A stretch of DNA of 64,000 nt from Candidatus Latescibacterota bacterium (GTDB lineage: Bacteria; Latescibacterota; UBA2968): positions 3,584,001 to 3,648,000 of the forward strand of contig OZ241986.1 in assembly GCA_965204375.1 (NCBI GenBank), given 5' to 3'. Numbering within the stretch: position 1 is the stretch's first letter; each line of letters starts with the position of its first letter. A program made the translations under genes and the position numbers. The notes beneath the pieces were generated by a model, which was given only the letters and a program-made list of their open reading frames with translations, was not told the origin of the DNA and did not search any database. Shown one piece after another: positions 35,441 through 44,092 of this stretch.

Positions 35441-37045
35441 TTAATTTTTTTCTTTTGACGCAATTCCAGATGGTGGTCGCCCTGGATACCAGCGAGCGGC
35501 TCTAGTGGCTCCAACTTTATAGATGCGCCCCTCGCTCTTCAAACTCCTAAGCAAACTCTGCACTTGATCGCGCGAAAGTGCCGGAAGTACCTGCCTCAAC
35601 TCCCGCAACTGACTCCCTTCTTTCCGATTATCTCGAATGTGTTTCAGCAGCAACTCCTTATTTGTCTCGCGATCTAACCCGCGCTTGCGCGTATAAGTAC
35701 CCGCCTTACCGATATACCGATAGAAACTTCGGGAGAGCATGAGCCGCACGCCACGCCCGCGTCCCACGCGCTCGATGATTCCCTGTTCCAGCAGATGATT
35801 AACTCTTGATTGCAGGTCGTTGGGAACCGGCTGTTCGCGGTGGACGAGATCGACCACCAACAAATCGTCAAGGCCAAATGTGGCGACTTGTTCTTGACCA
35901 ATCTCTTCCAGAAAACGCAGAAACTCCGGGTCTTGAATCTCACCGTGCAACGTGAGCCATACGGAGTAGGCATCTGTATGGGAAAAGTCGGGCAATGGCT
36001 TGCTCTGCTGAATGCACTCGCGGAAGATGCGGTCAAACCCTTGTCCCGCGCGTTCGACCAATCCGCATTTGCCAAGAACTTCGGCGATACGGCGATTGCG
36101 CGGATTTTGTTGCCGGAGAATATTATCGGGTGTGATGCCGGGCGGAAACCCACCAGGGCTGACAATCTCGATGCGCCGAGGGTACTGTCGAATAAAGACC
36201 GATCCTCCATGGCGATAATCGCGGTGACTCACCGCATTCAAAACAGCCTCACGCACCACACGCTCATTGAAAGTGGGCACATCCCAAATAAAAAATCCTT
36301 GCTGAAAGTGTTGCAGGTCATTGCGCTGGTTGATAAGTCGCCATATCTCGTCAAGCACAGTAAGAAAACCCTGTCTAAATTCATGCCGTTCCGCCGCTGG
36401 CCCCGGCACTTCGTTGGATCGGTACTCGAAGATGACCTCCGCTTGAGCGAGATATTTGCCCAGGGCCTCCCGTTTGCCAAGAAGAATCAATGCCGCATAC
36501 GTCACTTGATTATCAACGAGCAACTCGGCATCTGCCAGAAGTTGTTCTATGGGACGGGTCGAAATGTCCTGATCCAATAACTTGCGCTGCCAGAGTTGAC
36601 GCAGAACCCCCACAGCATTTGGATCGAGATCGTCCAATTGGGCAGAGGTACAAATCTCCGCCGAAAAATCGGGACCGGACTCGGCAAAAATGCGTTGGAG
36701 CAAGTCGGGTGTCATGGGAATAAGGGTTTCGCCACCACGCATCCAATATGCACCTTTATACTGCATAGGCATACCGATTGGATGAGAGGGAACCTGAAAG
36801 ACCAGAACCCGGCCATCTGGATGCTGAATCTCCTCGACATCAATACGAAGCCGCACTCGATCAATCAGACCCGCCTTTGTCCGTTCGAGATTGCTAAAAG
36901 CCTGGCTGCCAACCACTTTACGCGGCAGTTTATCCGTTACGCCCAGGATCATTCTTCCACCGCCTTCATTTGCCTCTTTGAACTCCAAGTGTTCATCTTC
37001 CCTGGCGTTCAAAGAGGTTTGGAGCATGTCTATGGAAACGGTCAT
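35441..37045 (-). CDS. AlbA_2 (Schlafen-like) + HATPase_c_4 + wHTH protein (RecG-C-like transcriptional regulator)
   Basis: EHLEFKEA-NEGGGRMILGV, REAVLNAVSHRDY, SPGGFP, RNRRIAE, VERAGQG, C-terminal HTH. Confidence 0.85.
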   Translation of the reverse strand: MTVSIDMLQTSLNAREDEHLEFKEANEGGGRMILGVTDKLPRKVVGSQAFSNLERTKAGLIDRVRLRIDVEEIQHPDGRVLVFQVPSHPIGMPMQYKGAYWMRGGETLIPMTPDLLQRIFAESGPDFSAEICTSAQLDDLDPNAVGVLRQLWQRKLLDQDISTRPIEQLLADAELLVDNQVTYAALILLGKREALGKYLAQAEVIFEYRSNEVPGPAAERHEFRQGFLTVLDEIWRLINQRNDLQHFQQGFFIWDVPTFNERVVREAVLNAVSHRDYRHGGSVFIRQYPRRIEIVSPGGFPPGITPDNILRQQNPRNRRIAEVLGKCGLVERAGQGFDRIFRECIQQSKPLPDFSHTDAYSVWLTLHGEIQDPEFLRFLEEIGQEQVATFGLDDLLVVDLVHREQPVPNDLQSRVNHLLEQGIIERVGRGRGVRLMLSRSFYRYIGKAGTYTRKRGLDRETNKELLLKHIRDNRKEGSQLRELRQVLPALSRDQVQSLLRSLKSEGRIYKVGATRAARWYPGRPPSGIASKEKN

Positions 37046-37187
37046 GTGGCCTCTCAAAAAAACTCCGAACTGGTAGAGCTACCTCGTTTTAGTGAATAGT
37101 TTAGTAAATTCACCCCAAGCATCTCCCTGAAAGAGATACGTTGTCTAATCAAATGGGTCAAGTCCAAATTTACTTTTAACGGAATAC

Positions 37188-38651
37188 TTATCCCAGTGGA
37201 GAATACGTCTTTGCCGGAATCGCTCGATAAAACTCGAGCTTCTCCCGATCCAGTCGGTCTCTGATCGTACTCAGGTGTGTCTCAATCAAATCTTGCCGCA
37301 CAGATTCCAGATCCGGATCCTCAAAAACATTATTCAGTTCCCTGGGATCATTTTGACAATCGTACATTTCAACCGGCTTCTCAGACGCGGACTCGACCAC
37401 CAGCTTGTATCGCCCATCAAAAACCATCGTAAACCCATCGACTTCACTAAACACAGCGTCCTTGCCCTTTTGGGCGCCATCGGCATCTGGACCTGCCAAT
37501 ACCTGAGATACAAACGAAACCCCATCGCTATCTTCCAGAGATTCTGCCCCTGCAACATCTAAAATCGTATCCGTGATATTCAAGCAATCCGTCAACCCTT
37601 CAGAGGTCCATCCAGACTGTCCACCTGGAGGACGCACCACCAGAGGCACCCGTACAGCCATATCGTAAAAGACCCCTTTGTGGCTCAACCGATGATCCCC
37701 TGCCATTTCGCCGTGATCCGAACTGTAAATAATCCAGGTATTATCCAAAATGCCCTTTGCCTCAAGAGCTTCGATAATGCCCCCGATCGCATTGTCGATC
37801 AATGTAATCTTTGCATAATAATTGATAACCAGTTGTTTCTTTTCTTCTTCGGTCATTGTTTTGGCATCGCCAGCACGAAAGAGCGACCGCACGATATATT
37901 TGGGATACGGTTCTTTGGGCAGATCCATAATACCCACAGGAATATCATCCATACTGTACATATCCCGATACTCCTGTGGCGAATCAAAGGGATTGTGCGG
38001 ACCCGGAAACAGCACCTGCAGATAAAATGGCTTATCCCCCTCATAATCGCGTACCCATTCCGCAGCCGTACGCCCGGTATAACTGTCCAGATGACATTCA
38101 GAAGGCAATGGACAGGGCGGATCTTCCCATGCCCGTGCCTTGCCCTCTTCCAGGCGCGTCTTTGACCTGACCACGTAGTCTCGATGCGTCTTCCACAAAC
38201 CCAATTCTTCGAGATAATCCGAATACTGCGACTTGTTTACCCCCGATGCGTGTGGGCCGTGCATCTCCTGAATATCTACAAACCCCCAATTTTCCAATAT
38301 TGCCGTCTTTTCCTGACTTTTTGTACCGCCCGTGTGCGTATATAAGTGGGTCTTGCCCACCAGAGCAGTATGATAGCCCACATCGCGCACATTTCGCACA
38401 TGACTGGGACCCCGCTGATCGGCCTCAACAATATTCTGCCAGACACCGTGTTCCCGCACGTACTGCCCCGTCATCATCGTCGCTCGTGCAGGCATACAAA
38501 TCGGCCCATTGGTATAACACTGGCTAAACACCACCCCTTCCGACCCCAAACGATCCAGATGTGGTGTTTTGATCACCGGATGCCCAGCGCACCCCACCGC
38601 ATCGCCGCGATGCTGATCCGAATATATAAAAACAATATTGGGTTTTGACAT
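37188..38651 (-). CDS. Sulfatase (Cys-type)
   Basis: KPNIVFIYSDQHR, CMPARATMMTG, GKTH, SDHG. Confidence 0.92.
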   Translation of the reverse strand: MSKPNIVFIYSDQHRGDAVGCAGHPVIKTPHLDRLGSEGVVFSQCYTNGPICMPARATMMTGQYVREHGVWQNIVEADQRGPSHVRNVRDVGYHTALVGKTHLYTHTGGTKSQEKTAILENWGFVDIQEMHGPHASGVNKSQYSDYLEELGLWKTHRDYVVRSKTRLEEGKARAWEDPPCPLPSECHLDSYTGRTAAEWVRDYEGDKPFYLQVLFPGPHNPFDSPQEYRDMYSMDDIPVGIMDLPKEPYPKYIVRSLFRAGDAKTMTEEEKKQLVINYYAKITLIDNAIGGIIEALEAKGILDNTWIIYSSDHGEMAGDHRLSHKGVFYDMAVRVPLVVRPPGGQSGWTSEGLTDCLNITDTILDVAGAESLEDSDGVSFVSQVLAGPDADGAQKGKDAVFSEVDGFTMVFDGRYKLVVESASEKPVEMYDCQNDPRELNNVFEDPDLESVRQDLIETHLSTIRDRLDREKLEFYRAIPAKTYSPLG

Positions 38652-38703
38652 ACACACCTCCAGTAGAGAACCCGGTCAACTCCGTATGCTTGAACTGAGA
38701 CGC

Positions 38704-40131
38704 TCACCTAGTCAATTTGAGGTCCCAACTAAAGCGATTATTAGCCGGGTCACTATAATCAATATAAACCGTGGGATTTGTAGCGTTGAGATATTCCTCA
38801 AGATTGGTGTAGCCGTCGTTGTCGCGGTCTTTTGGGCCGTCTGCAGGATCGGCCGGATTGAGTGAATAACGCTTCTCCCAGGCATCGGGCATACCATCGC
38901 GGTCGGTGTCGGCAGGTGGTTGACCAAGGGCCAATTCGGGCCAGCCACCAACCGTCTTCTGGGAATCGATAATGCCTGAACCTCCGCCATACGAACCACC
39001 GTAAGTGGCCGTACCGGATTCTACCTCGGCGACGATGCGTTTGTCGTGCGAGTCACGGCTCGGAAGGGTGGCACCGACGTGTTCCAGAACGCGTTGATAA
39101 GCGCGTGCGGCGGAATCCGTATGTATCGGTGCGATCTCGAAAGGACCGTCGGCACGAAAGTGATTGATAGGAAGATCATTACCGGGATGGACGCCAAGCC
39201 AGTTGTCAGCAGTGACGTCAGGAGCACCCACAACGAGATTACCGGCAATCCACCAACGCTCCAACCCCTCGGGACCTTCATCACCTTCATAGGGATTGGC
39301 GAGACGAGCGCGCACGTTTTCGCGGGTTGCAGGGCCGGGTTTGTAAACGTTATTGACCAAATTGATGCGAACATCGCCCTCACCGCCGTAGCAGGAGTTG
39401 TAGCCCCAGTTGTAGATGACGTTATTTCTCAGATCGACATGCTGGACGAAAGTATCGCGTCCGGCGATGCGCGGATTGCGGCTGGAGTGGTGTGCCAGCA
39501 GGTTGTGATGGTAGCTGACGCGCTTGCCACCCCAGATGCCGCCGAAGCCGTGGGCACCTTTTACGTGCACCGATTCTCGGAGGCTCTCTGAGATCAGGCA
39601 CCATTGAATGGTGACGTCCTCTACGCGATAGACTGAAACGCATTCATCTACACTCCAACTGGCTGAGCAGTGATCAATGATGATATTCTTATGATACCGG
39701 CTGCCGATGGCGTCCATATCTTCTCCCGTAGTATCGCCAAGGCGAACACGTAAGAAGCGCACAATAACCTCGTCGGCATCGATGCTGAGCTGATAGTCGG
39801 CCAGACAGATGCCCCCGCCAGGCGCGGTCTGACCGGCAACGGTAATATAAGGTTTACTGATCTTAAGTGGGCTTTTGAGGCGAATTGTGCCGCCGACTCG
39901 GAAGACAACGGTGCGGGGTCCAGTGGCTTCTACGGCGGCGCGAAGGCTGTTAGGACCGCTGTCGTTGAGGTTGGTAACCTCAATGAGGCGACCACCTCGA
40001 CCACCAACGGTTTGAGCACCGGCTCCTTCGGCACCAGGAAACGCAGGGATCGCATGGGCTTCGGCACCCGGAGCCACACCAACGATAGAGAATACAAAAG
40101 TAACTATGGTGAGAAAAATAGATGGTTTCAT
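38704..40131 (-). CDS. Secreted pectate lyase (PL1-like)
   Basis: Signal peptide; AFPGAEG, GGRGG, AGQTAPG, IIDHCSASW, RNPR, DTDRDGMPDAWE. Confidence 0.9.
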   Translation of the reverse strand: MKPSIFLTIVTFVFSIVGVAPGAEAHAIPAFPGAEGAGAQTVGGRGGRLIEVTNLNDSGPNSLRAAVEATGPRTVVFRVGGTIRLKSPLKISKPYITVAGQTAPGGGICLADYQLSIDADEVIVRFLRVRLGDTTGEDMDAIGSRYHKNIIIDHCSASWSVDECVSVYRVEDVTIQWCLISESLRESVHVKGAHGFGGIWGGKRVSYHHNLLAHHSSRNPRIAGRDTFVQHVDLRNNVIYNWGYNSCYGGEGDVRINLVNNVYKPGPATRENVRARLANPYEGDEGPEGLERWWIAGNLVVGAPDVTADNWLGVHPGNDLPINHFRADGPFEIAPIHTDSAARAYQRVLEHVGATLPSRDSHDKRIVAEVESGTATYGGSYGGGSGIIDSQKTVGGWPELALGQPPADTDRDGMPDAWEKRYSLNPADPADGPKDRDNDGYTNLEEYLNATNPTVYIDYSDPANNRFSWDLKLTR

Positions 40132-40203
40132 AGCACAAATCCTTCTGTTGAGATAAGGGCGCGATGACCGTCAAGAGCACCGTTGCCATCTAAAATTTGC
40201 ATA

Positions 40204-41112
40204 TCAGGATTCCTCGCTCAGCGCCTCTATAATCCTGCTCTCTTCACTATCATAATTCAGATCTTCCAGAGTAGTCAGATTCTCTGTCAACTGCTCAGAA
40301 GAGGAGACACCCAACATGATGGTGTGAACCCCGCTATCCTTGACTGCCCACTTGATCAAAGCTCTGGCAACTTGCGCTCTGTTGGCGTAGCCTTTTTCTT
40401 CTGCGATTGCAAACACCTTTGCTTTCTGAAAGAGCACCCGCCCCAAGATGCCTAACGCATGCTTTTCCGCTTTCACAATGGTATCACCAAATTTGGCCTT
40501 TTCGAGGGGGTTGCAGTTTATGAAAGTTGTATCAAAGCAACCCTTGTCATACTGTTTCGCATACGTCTCCGGACCTGAAAATGTATCTGCCGAAGCAAAT
40601 CGGATCAGCCCCTCATCCTTAAGCTTCTGGATGTTGTCCGCAATTTTATCGAGGTAGTCCGGATCGTATTCCAGGGCATCTGCCATGAAGGCAAAGTTGT
40701 AGATGTCTATCACCTCCCGCTGTATGAGCTTCAAAGCTCGGATCGCTTCAGTTCTCAAGAGGCTGTAATCCGCCATCTTCCGGTTGTGCGGGTCATAGGT
40801 ATAGACCATGCCCTCAGGCCGGGTTTGTATAAGGATCTCATCTTTGACATCCACCTCTTTCAGAATCCTGCCCATAGCCTCTTTCTCAGAATCGATTGTC
40901 AGATCGAAGAGGCTGACCCCAGCTTCCAGAGCTGTCTCTACAATCCGCAGTCTGTTCTCTCCGCCAAAGCCCGGGAAAATGTGACCAAGAGTTACTGCCA
41001 GGTCTTTGTTATCCCCAAAGCCAGCGACACGCGAATCAGGATGGAACTCGTGTCCTCCCAGACCGACAACAGATACTTTAATGCCAGTGCGCCCAAGATT
41101 GCGATATTGCAT
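40204..41112 (-). CDS. Aldo/keto reductase family protein
   Basis: MQYRNLGRTGIKVSVVGLG N-terminus; LKDEGLIR; C-terminal GVSSSEQLTENL. Confidence 0.78.
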   Translation of the reverse strand: MQYRNLGRTGIKVSVVGLGGHEFHPDSRVAGFGDNKDLAVTLGHIFPGFGGENRLRIVETALEAGVSLFDLTIDSEKEAMGRILKEVDVKDEILIQTRPEGMVYTYDPHNRKMADYSLLRTEAIRALKLIQREVIDIYNFAFMADALEYDPDYLDKIADNIQKLKDEGLIRFASADTFSGPETYAKQYDKGCFDTTFINCNPLEKAKFGDTIVKAEKHALGILGRVLFQKAKVFAIAEEKGYANRAQVARALIKWAVKDSGVHTIMLGVSSSEQLTENLTTLEDLNYDSEESRIIEALSEES

Positions 41113-41186
41113 TTTTATCTCCTTTGCCAACCAGCAAAACCAATTCAAAGTTATCGGCAAGGTACTGGTCTTACAATACTATAATT

Positions 41187-41234
41187 AAAAATCAACGGGG
41201 AGCATCGCCAAATCGATGTCTCCCCGTCAATTTT
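41187..41234. terminator. Hairpin / putative terminator
   Basis: acggggag-catcg...cgatg-t-ctccccgt flanked by A and T runs. Confidence 0.55.
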
Positions 41235-41281
41235 ATCCCTCTTATCGGGAAACTCTTTTGTCACACTTCCGCATCAGCAGG

Positions 41282-41515
41282 TCAGATTGGTTCAACACGC
41301 TCGTGCCCAATCACCTTTCGGGCATACAGGAGACAGGCCTGAATATCTTTCTGTGTCAGCCAAGGATAGCCTTCAAGCAGCACCTCGGGGGTATCTCCTG
41401 CTGCGAGCATGCCAAGGACCTGTTCAACGGCAAGTCGACGTCCTCGAACAATAGGCTTACCCCCAAAGATCTTCGGGTTGATCGTAATTCGTTCCAAGAG
41501 TTTTTTCTCATCCAT
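41282..41515 (-). CDS. DUF433 family protein (antitoxin-like), orphan
   Basis: RITINPKIFGGKPIVRGRR...YPWLTQKDIQACLLYA. Confidence 0.88.
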   Translation of the reverse strand: MDEKKLLERITINPKIFGGKPIVRGRRLAVEQVLGMLAAGDTPEVLLEGYPWLTQKDIQACLLYARKVIGHERVEPI

Positions 41516-41578
41516 TATTCATTTTTCCTCTGTCGTGACGAAATTACTTGAGATGGCAATGATGGCGAAATTTTCGTT

Positions 41579-42481
41579 TTAGTGATCTGAAGCATCTGTA
41601 TTGTTTGGACGATTAGATTGCGCAATAAGACGAAGAATCGGTTTTTTATCCAGTTCATCTTCGGATGAAATTTTCTTCCAATTGCTTTGGACTTCTGCCG
41701 TATCCAGAATTTTAGTCTCCAGAAGATTGGTAATAAGTGCTCCTGTTATCTGATCTTCAAATCCCTTGATTTCGGCCAACGGTACTTCTCCAAAATAAAG
41801 ATCGCATTCTACAAGAAGTGTTACTTTTAACTCTATTTCGAGGAAATCGTTATCTGCTTTGATAAATGCTACCGGTGGTGAAAGGGGAATATCTTTGTGG
41901 ATTCCTGGATCAGTTGGAAATTTCCTTTGTCTCCATAGATCATACACATAGTCTAAAGTAGTTCCTAGTTTCTGTTTCTGATTATCATATAGCACGATCT
42001 TTCCGGGATCTTGTAGAGGCATCCTCATCGTTCCTTGACCGGCAAAGGTCGATAAAAACTGCATGTTTCTAAAATCGGCCAATGCGGGAATGGCAACATA
42101 AGATTGCCAGTCGTGTTTCTCTGAATCTACCAATCGATACAATTCGATATTGGCCTCTGCTGCTCGTTTCTTTGCTGAAGCGCTAAAGCCACTTGCAGAA
42201 ATGATGGCTCCTCGGGTTGCTCGGATATCTTTAAATAGCCCCATAGAGGCTTCAATTGTTTTGATATCAGCAGGTTTTTTGTAGTCTTTGCAGTCAATTG
42301 CGAACAGGGTTTCAAATTGCCCAACTGTTTTTTTTATAACGATATCAATTTCCCTAAGCTGACCAGATTTTACGCCTCGTATCTTGGCATTCTGTTCTAC
42401 TTCGCAATCAGGTGATAGGGTCTTTTGGATTTGGCTACAAACGGATTCAAATCTACGCCATTTTTCAGATTTTTTTGCCAT
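41579..42481 (-). CDS. Mrr-type (restriction endonuclease type IV-like) domain protein
   Basis: FE...REIDIVI...IDCKDY...GAIISASGFSASAK; ~170-aa uncharacterised C-terminal region. Confidence 0.78.
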   Translation of the reverse strand: MAKKSEKWRRFESVCSQIQKTLSPDCEVEQNAKIRGVKSGQLREIDIVIKKTVGQFETLFAIDCKDYKKPADIKTIEASMGLFKDIRATRGAIISASGFSASAKKRAAEANIELYRLVDSEKHDWQSYVAIPALADFRNMQFLSTFAGQGTMRMPLQDPGKIVLYDNQKQKLGTTLDYVYDLWRQRKFPTDPGIHKDIPLSPPVAFIKADNDFLEIELKVTLLVECDLYFGEVPLAEIKGFEDQITGALITNLLETKILDTAEVQSNWKKISSEDELDKKPILRLIAQSNRPNNTDASDH

Positions 42482-42585
42482 ATCAAGTCCATTTCTATAG
42501 AGACTGAATGAGAGCGTAATCTATACTGTGGTCAGAGGATAGCGATGTTGGTGTTACTTGAATACAGTAAGAGGCACTTTAAAAT

Positions 42586-43713
42586 TCATGAAAACTTAGC
42601 AAGAAACTCCTTCACTTGCTGTTCTTCCCAATCAACATAGCCAATCGGATTATTCCAGAATTTTATCCAAGCCATATTAAGTAATGAATGAATTGGATCT
42701 TTGGTTTCGGGACGGGCAATCCTAGTTCCCATTGCTCCAATCCCTTCAAAAGCCAGAATTGTGATTTTGTCCAGTAGTTCATCTGGATAGCAAATTTGGT
42801 ACTCTGGTTGTGGTTTAAATCCTGTGTGCATAGTGAGACATTTCCAAGTATCATCAATCTGTTGGCCTTCTGAAGCAAACCCGAGGTTATCCAATGCCTT
42901 CAAAATTACTGACATCCTGGCGGAATCCGCAGGATGGGATTCGATGCTTAAATCGAAAGGGTTTCCACCCGCCTTGAAAACTGAATGAAGGAATGTCCAA
43001 GCGTAAGCCGGTCCCAGCGTATATGTGCCAAAAAGGTCGCAGAATAATTCTTCTGCCCAAGACTTGGCCCAATAGTTGCGCCATTTTTCCAAAAAAAAAG
43101 ATAGATACACTGGGCCCTTCCTTCTATCCTCACGTAAAGCTCTATTGTTGATATACTCGTGAATATTTCCAAGTGCCTCAGCCAATTTTTGCTGTAATGG
43201 TTCGATGATTTTGTCATTTTGCGATATAAACAATCTATGTGTGAGTTCGTGGTATAGACAAGGAAGGTGTAGAAGAAAATGCCCTTCAACCAATGGGACG
43301 CATAATAGGTTCAATCCCGTTATTATATAAAAAAAATCTTTTGATAACGTAGATACAACAGGACAACTTCCTTTATATTGGATCTCTCTGCAGATTTCAA
43401 AAAGTAGCTTGTTAAGTCGGTGGTCATCGTCGGCTGCTTTGTTTAGTGCAGCTATTCCTGTTGCCTCTATGCTGTTTAGGTCATCCACACATCTTTGAAA
43501 TCTACGAATGCGTACAGGCTGAATTCGTGGGTCTTTCATTCGCTGGTCATCTCTTAAATGCCGCAACATATCTATGCAATGATCAATAACACTTTCACAA
43601 TTTTGTGTCAGAATTTGATAGTCACGCGGCAGACCCCTAGGGATTTTTCCCTTCAATATCTTCGCTCGTTGCTCCAATTGCGCAATCGTTCCCGCCAGAT
43701 ACTCCTCAATCAT
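42586..43713 (-). CDS. HExxH zinc metallopeptidase-like protein (M48-like motifs)
   Basis: LYHELTH, downstream EELFCD, SHP-x-x-x-x-R; start overlaps upstream stop (TAATG). Confidence 0.68.
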   Translation of the reverse strand: MIEEYLAGTIAQLEQRAKILKGKIPRGLPRDYQILTQNCESVIDHCIDMLRHLRDDQRMKDPRIQPVRIRRFQRCVDDLNSIEATGIAALNKAADDDHRLNKLLFEICREIQYKGSCPVVSTLSKDFFYIITGLNLLCVPLVEGHFLLHLPCLYHELTHRLFISQNDKIIEPLQQKLAEALGNIHEYINNRALREDRRKGPVYLSFFLEKWRNYWAKSWAEELFCDLFGTYTLGPAYAWTFLHSVFKAGGNPFDLSIESHPADSARMSVILKALDNLGFASEGQQIDDTWKCLTMHTGFKPQPEYQICYPDELLDKITILAFEGIGAMGTRIARPETKDPIHSLLNMAWIKFWNNPIGYVDWEEQQVKEFLAKFS

Positions 43714-44081
43714 TAATTACCTCTCATCCTGGCGTATGCACTAGATCGCTCTTGTTCCACTGCTTGGGCCAAGGTCTCAAGTTGATCAAATTGGTCTTGG
43801 TTGATCTTATTGTTTAGTAATCGTTCGCCTAGGTCTTGCCACTTTGATTGCCATTTTGTTTGAGTTAGACCTGACTTCTCCTGTAAAATTGCAGATAACA
43901 CTTGTGCTGAGAGATCAAGTTTTTTTCTTTCTCCAATAGATTTCAAAACACAACCAAGTTCTTTGACTTTCTCATCCTGATCTATATTACCCGTACTTAG
44001 AGTTACAATAACCTCATCAACAAGCTGTGCAAATTTCCTCATTCTCTCATACATTCCTGAGTGTAATCCTGTATTACTCAT
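43713..44081 (-). CDS. Hypothetical 122-aa alpha-helical protein
   Basis: SD GGAGG; 11 bp after the pAgo stop; coupled to the next gene. Confidence 0.75.
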   Translation of the reverse strand: MSNTGLHSGMYERMRKFAQLVDEVIVTLSTGNIDQDEKVKELGCVLKSIGERKKLDLSAQVLSAILQEKSGLTQTKWQSKWQDLGERLLNNKINQDQFDQLETLAQAVEQERSSAYARMRGN

Positions 44082-44092
44082 TTTCCATCCTC

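Noticed and set aside
35810-36580. 256-aa + strand ORF
   Set aside because: Antisense shadow of the AlbA-HATPase gene with no recognisable motifs.
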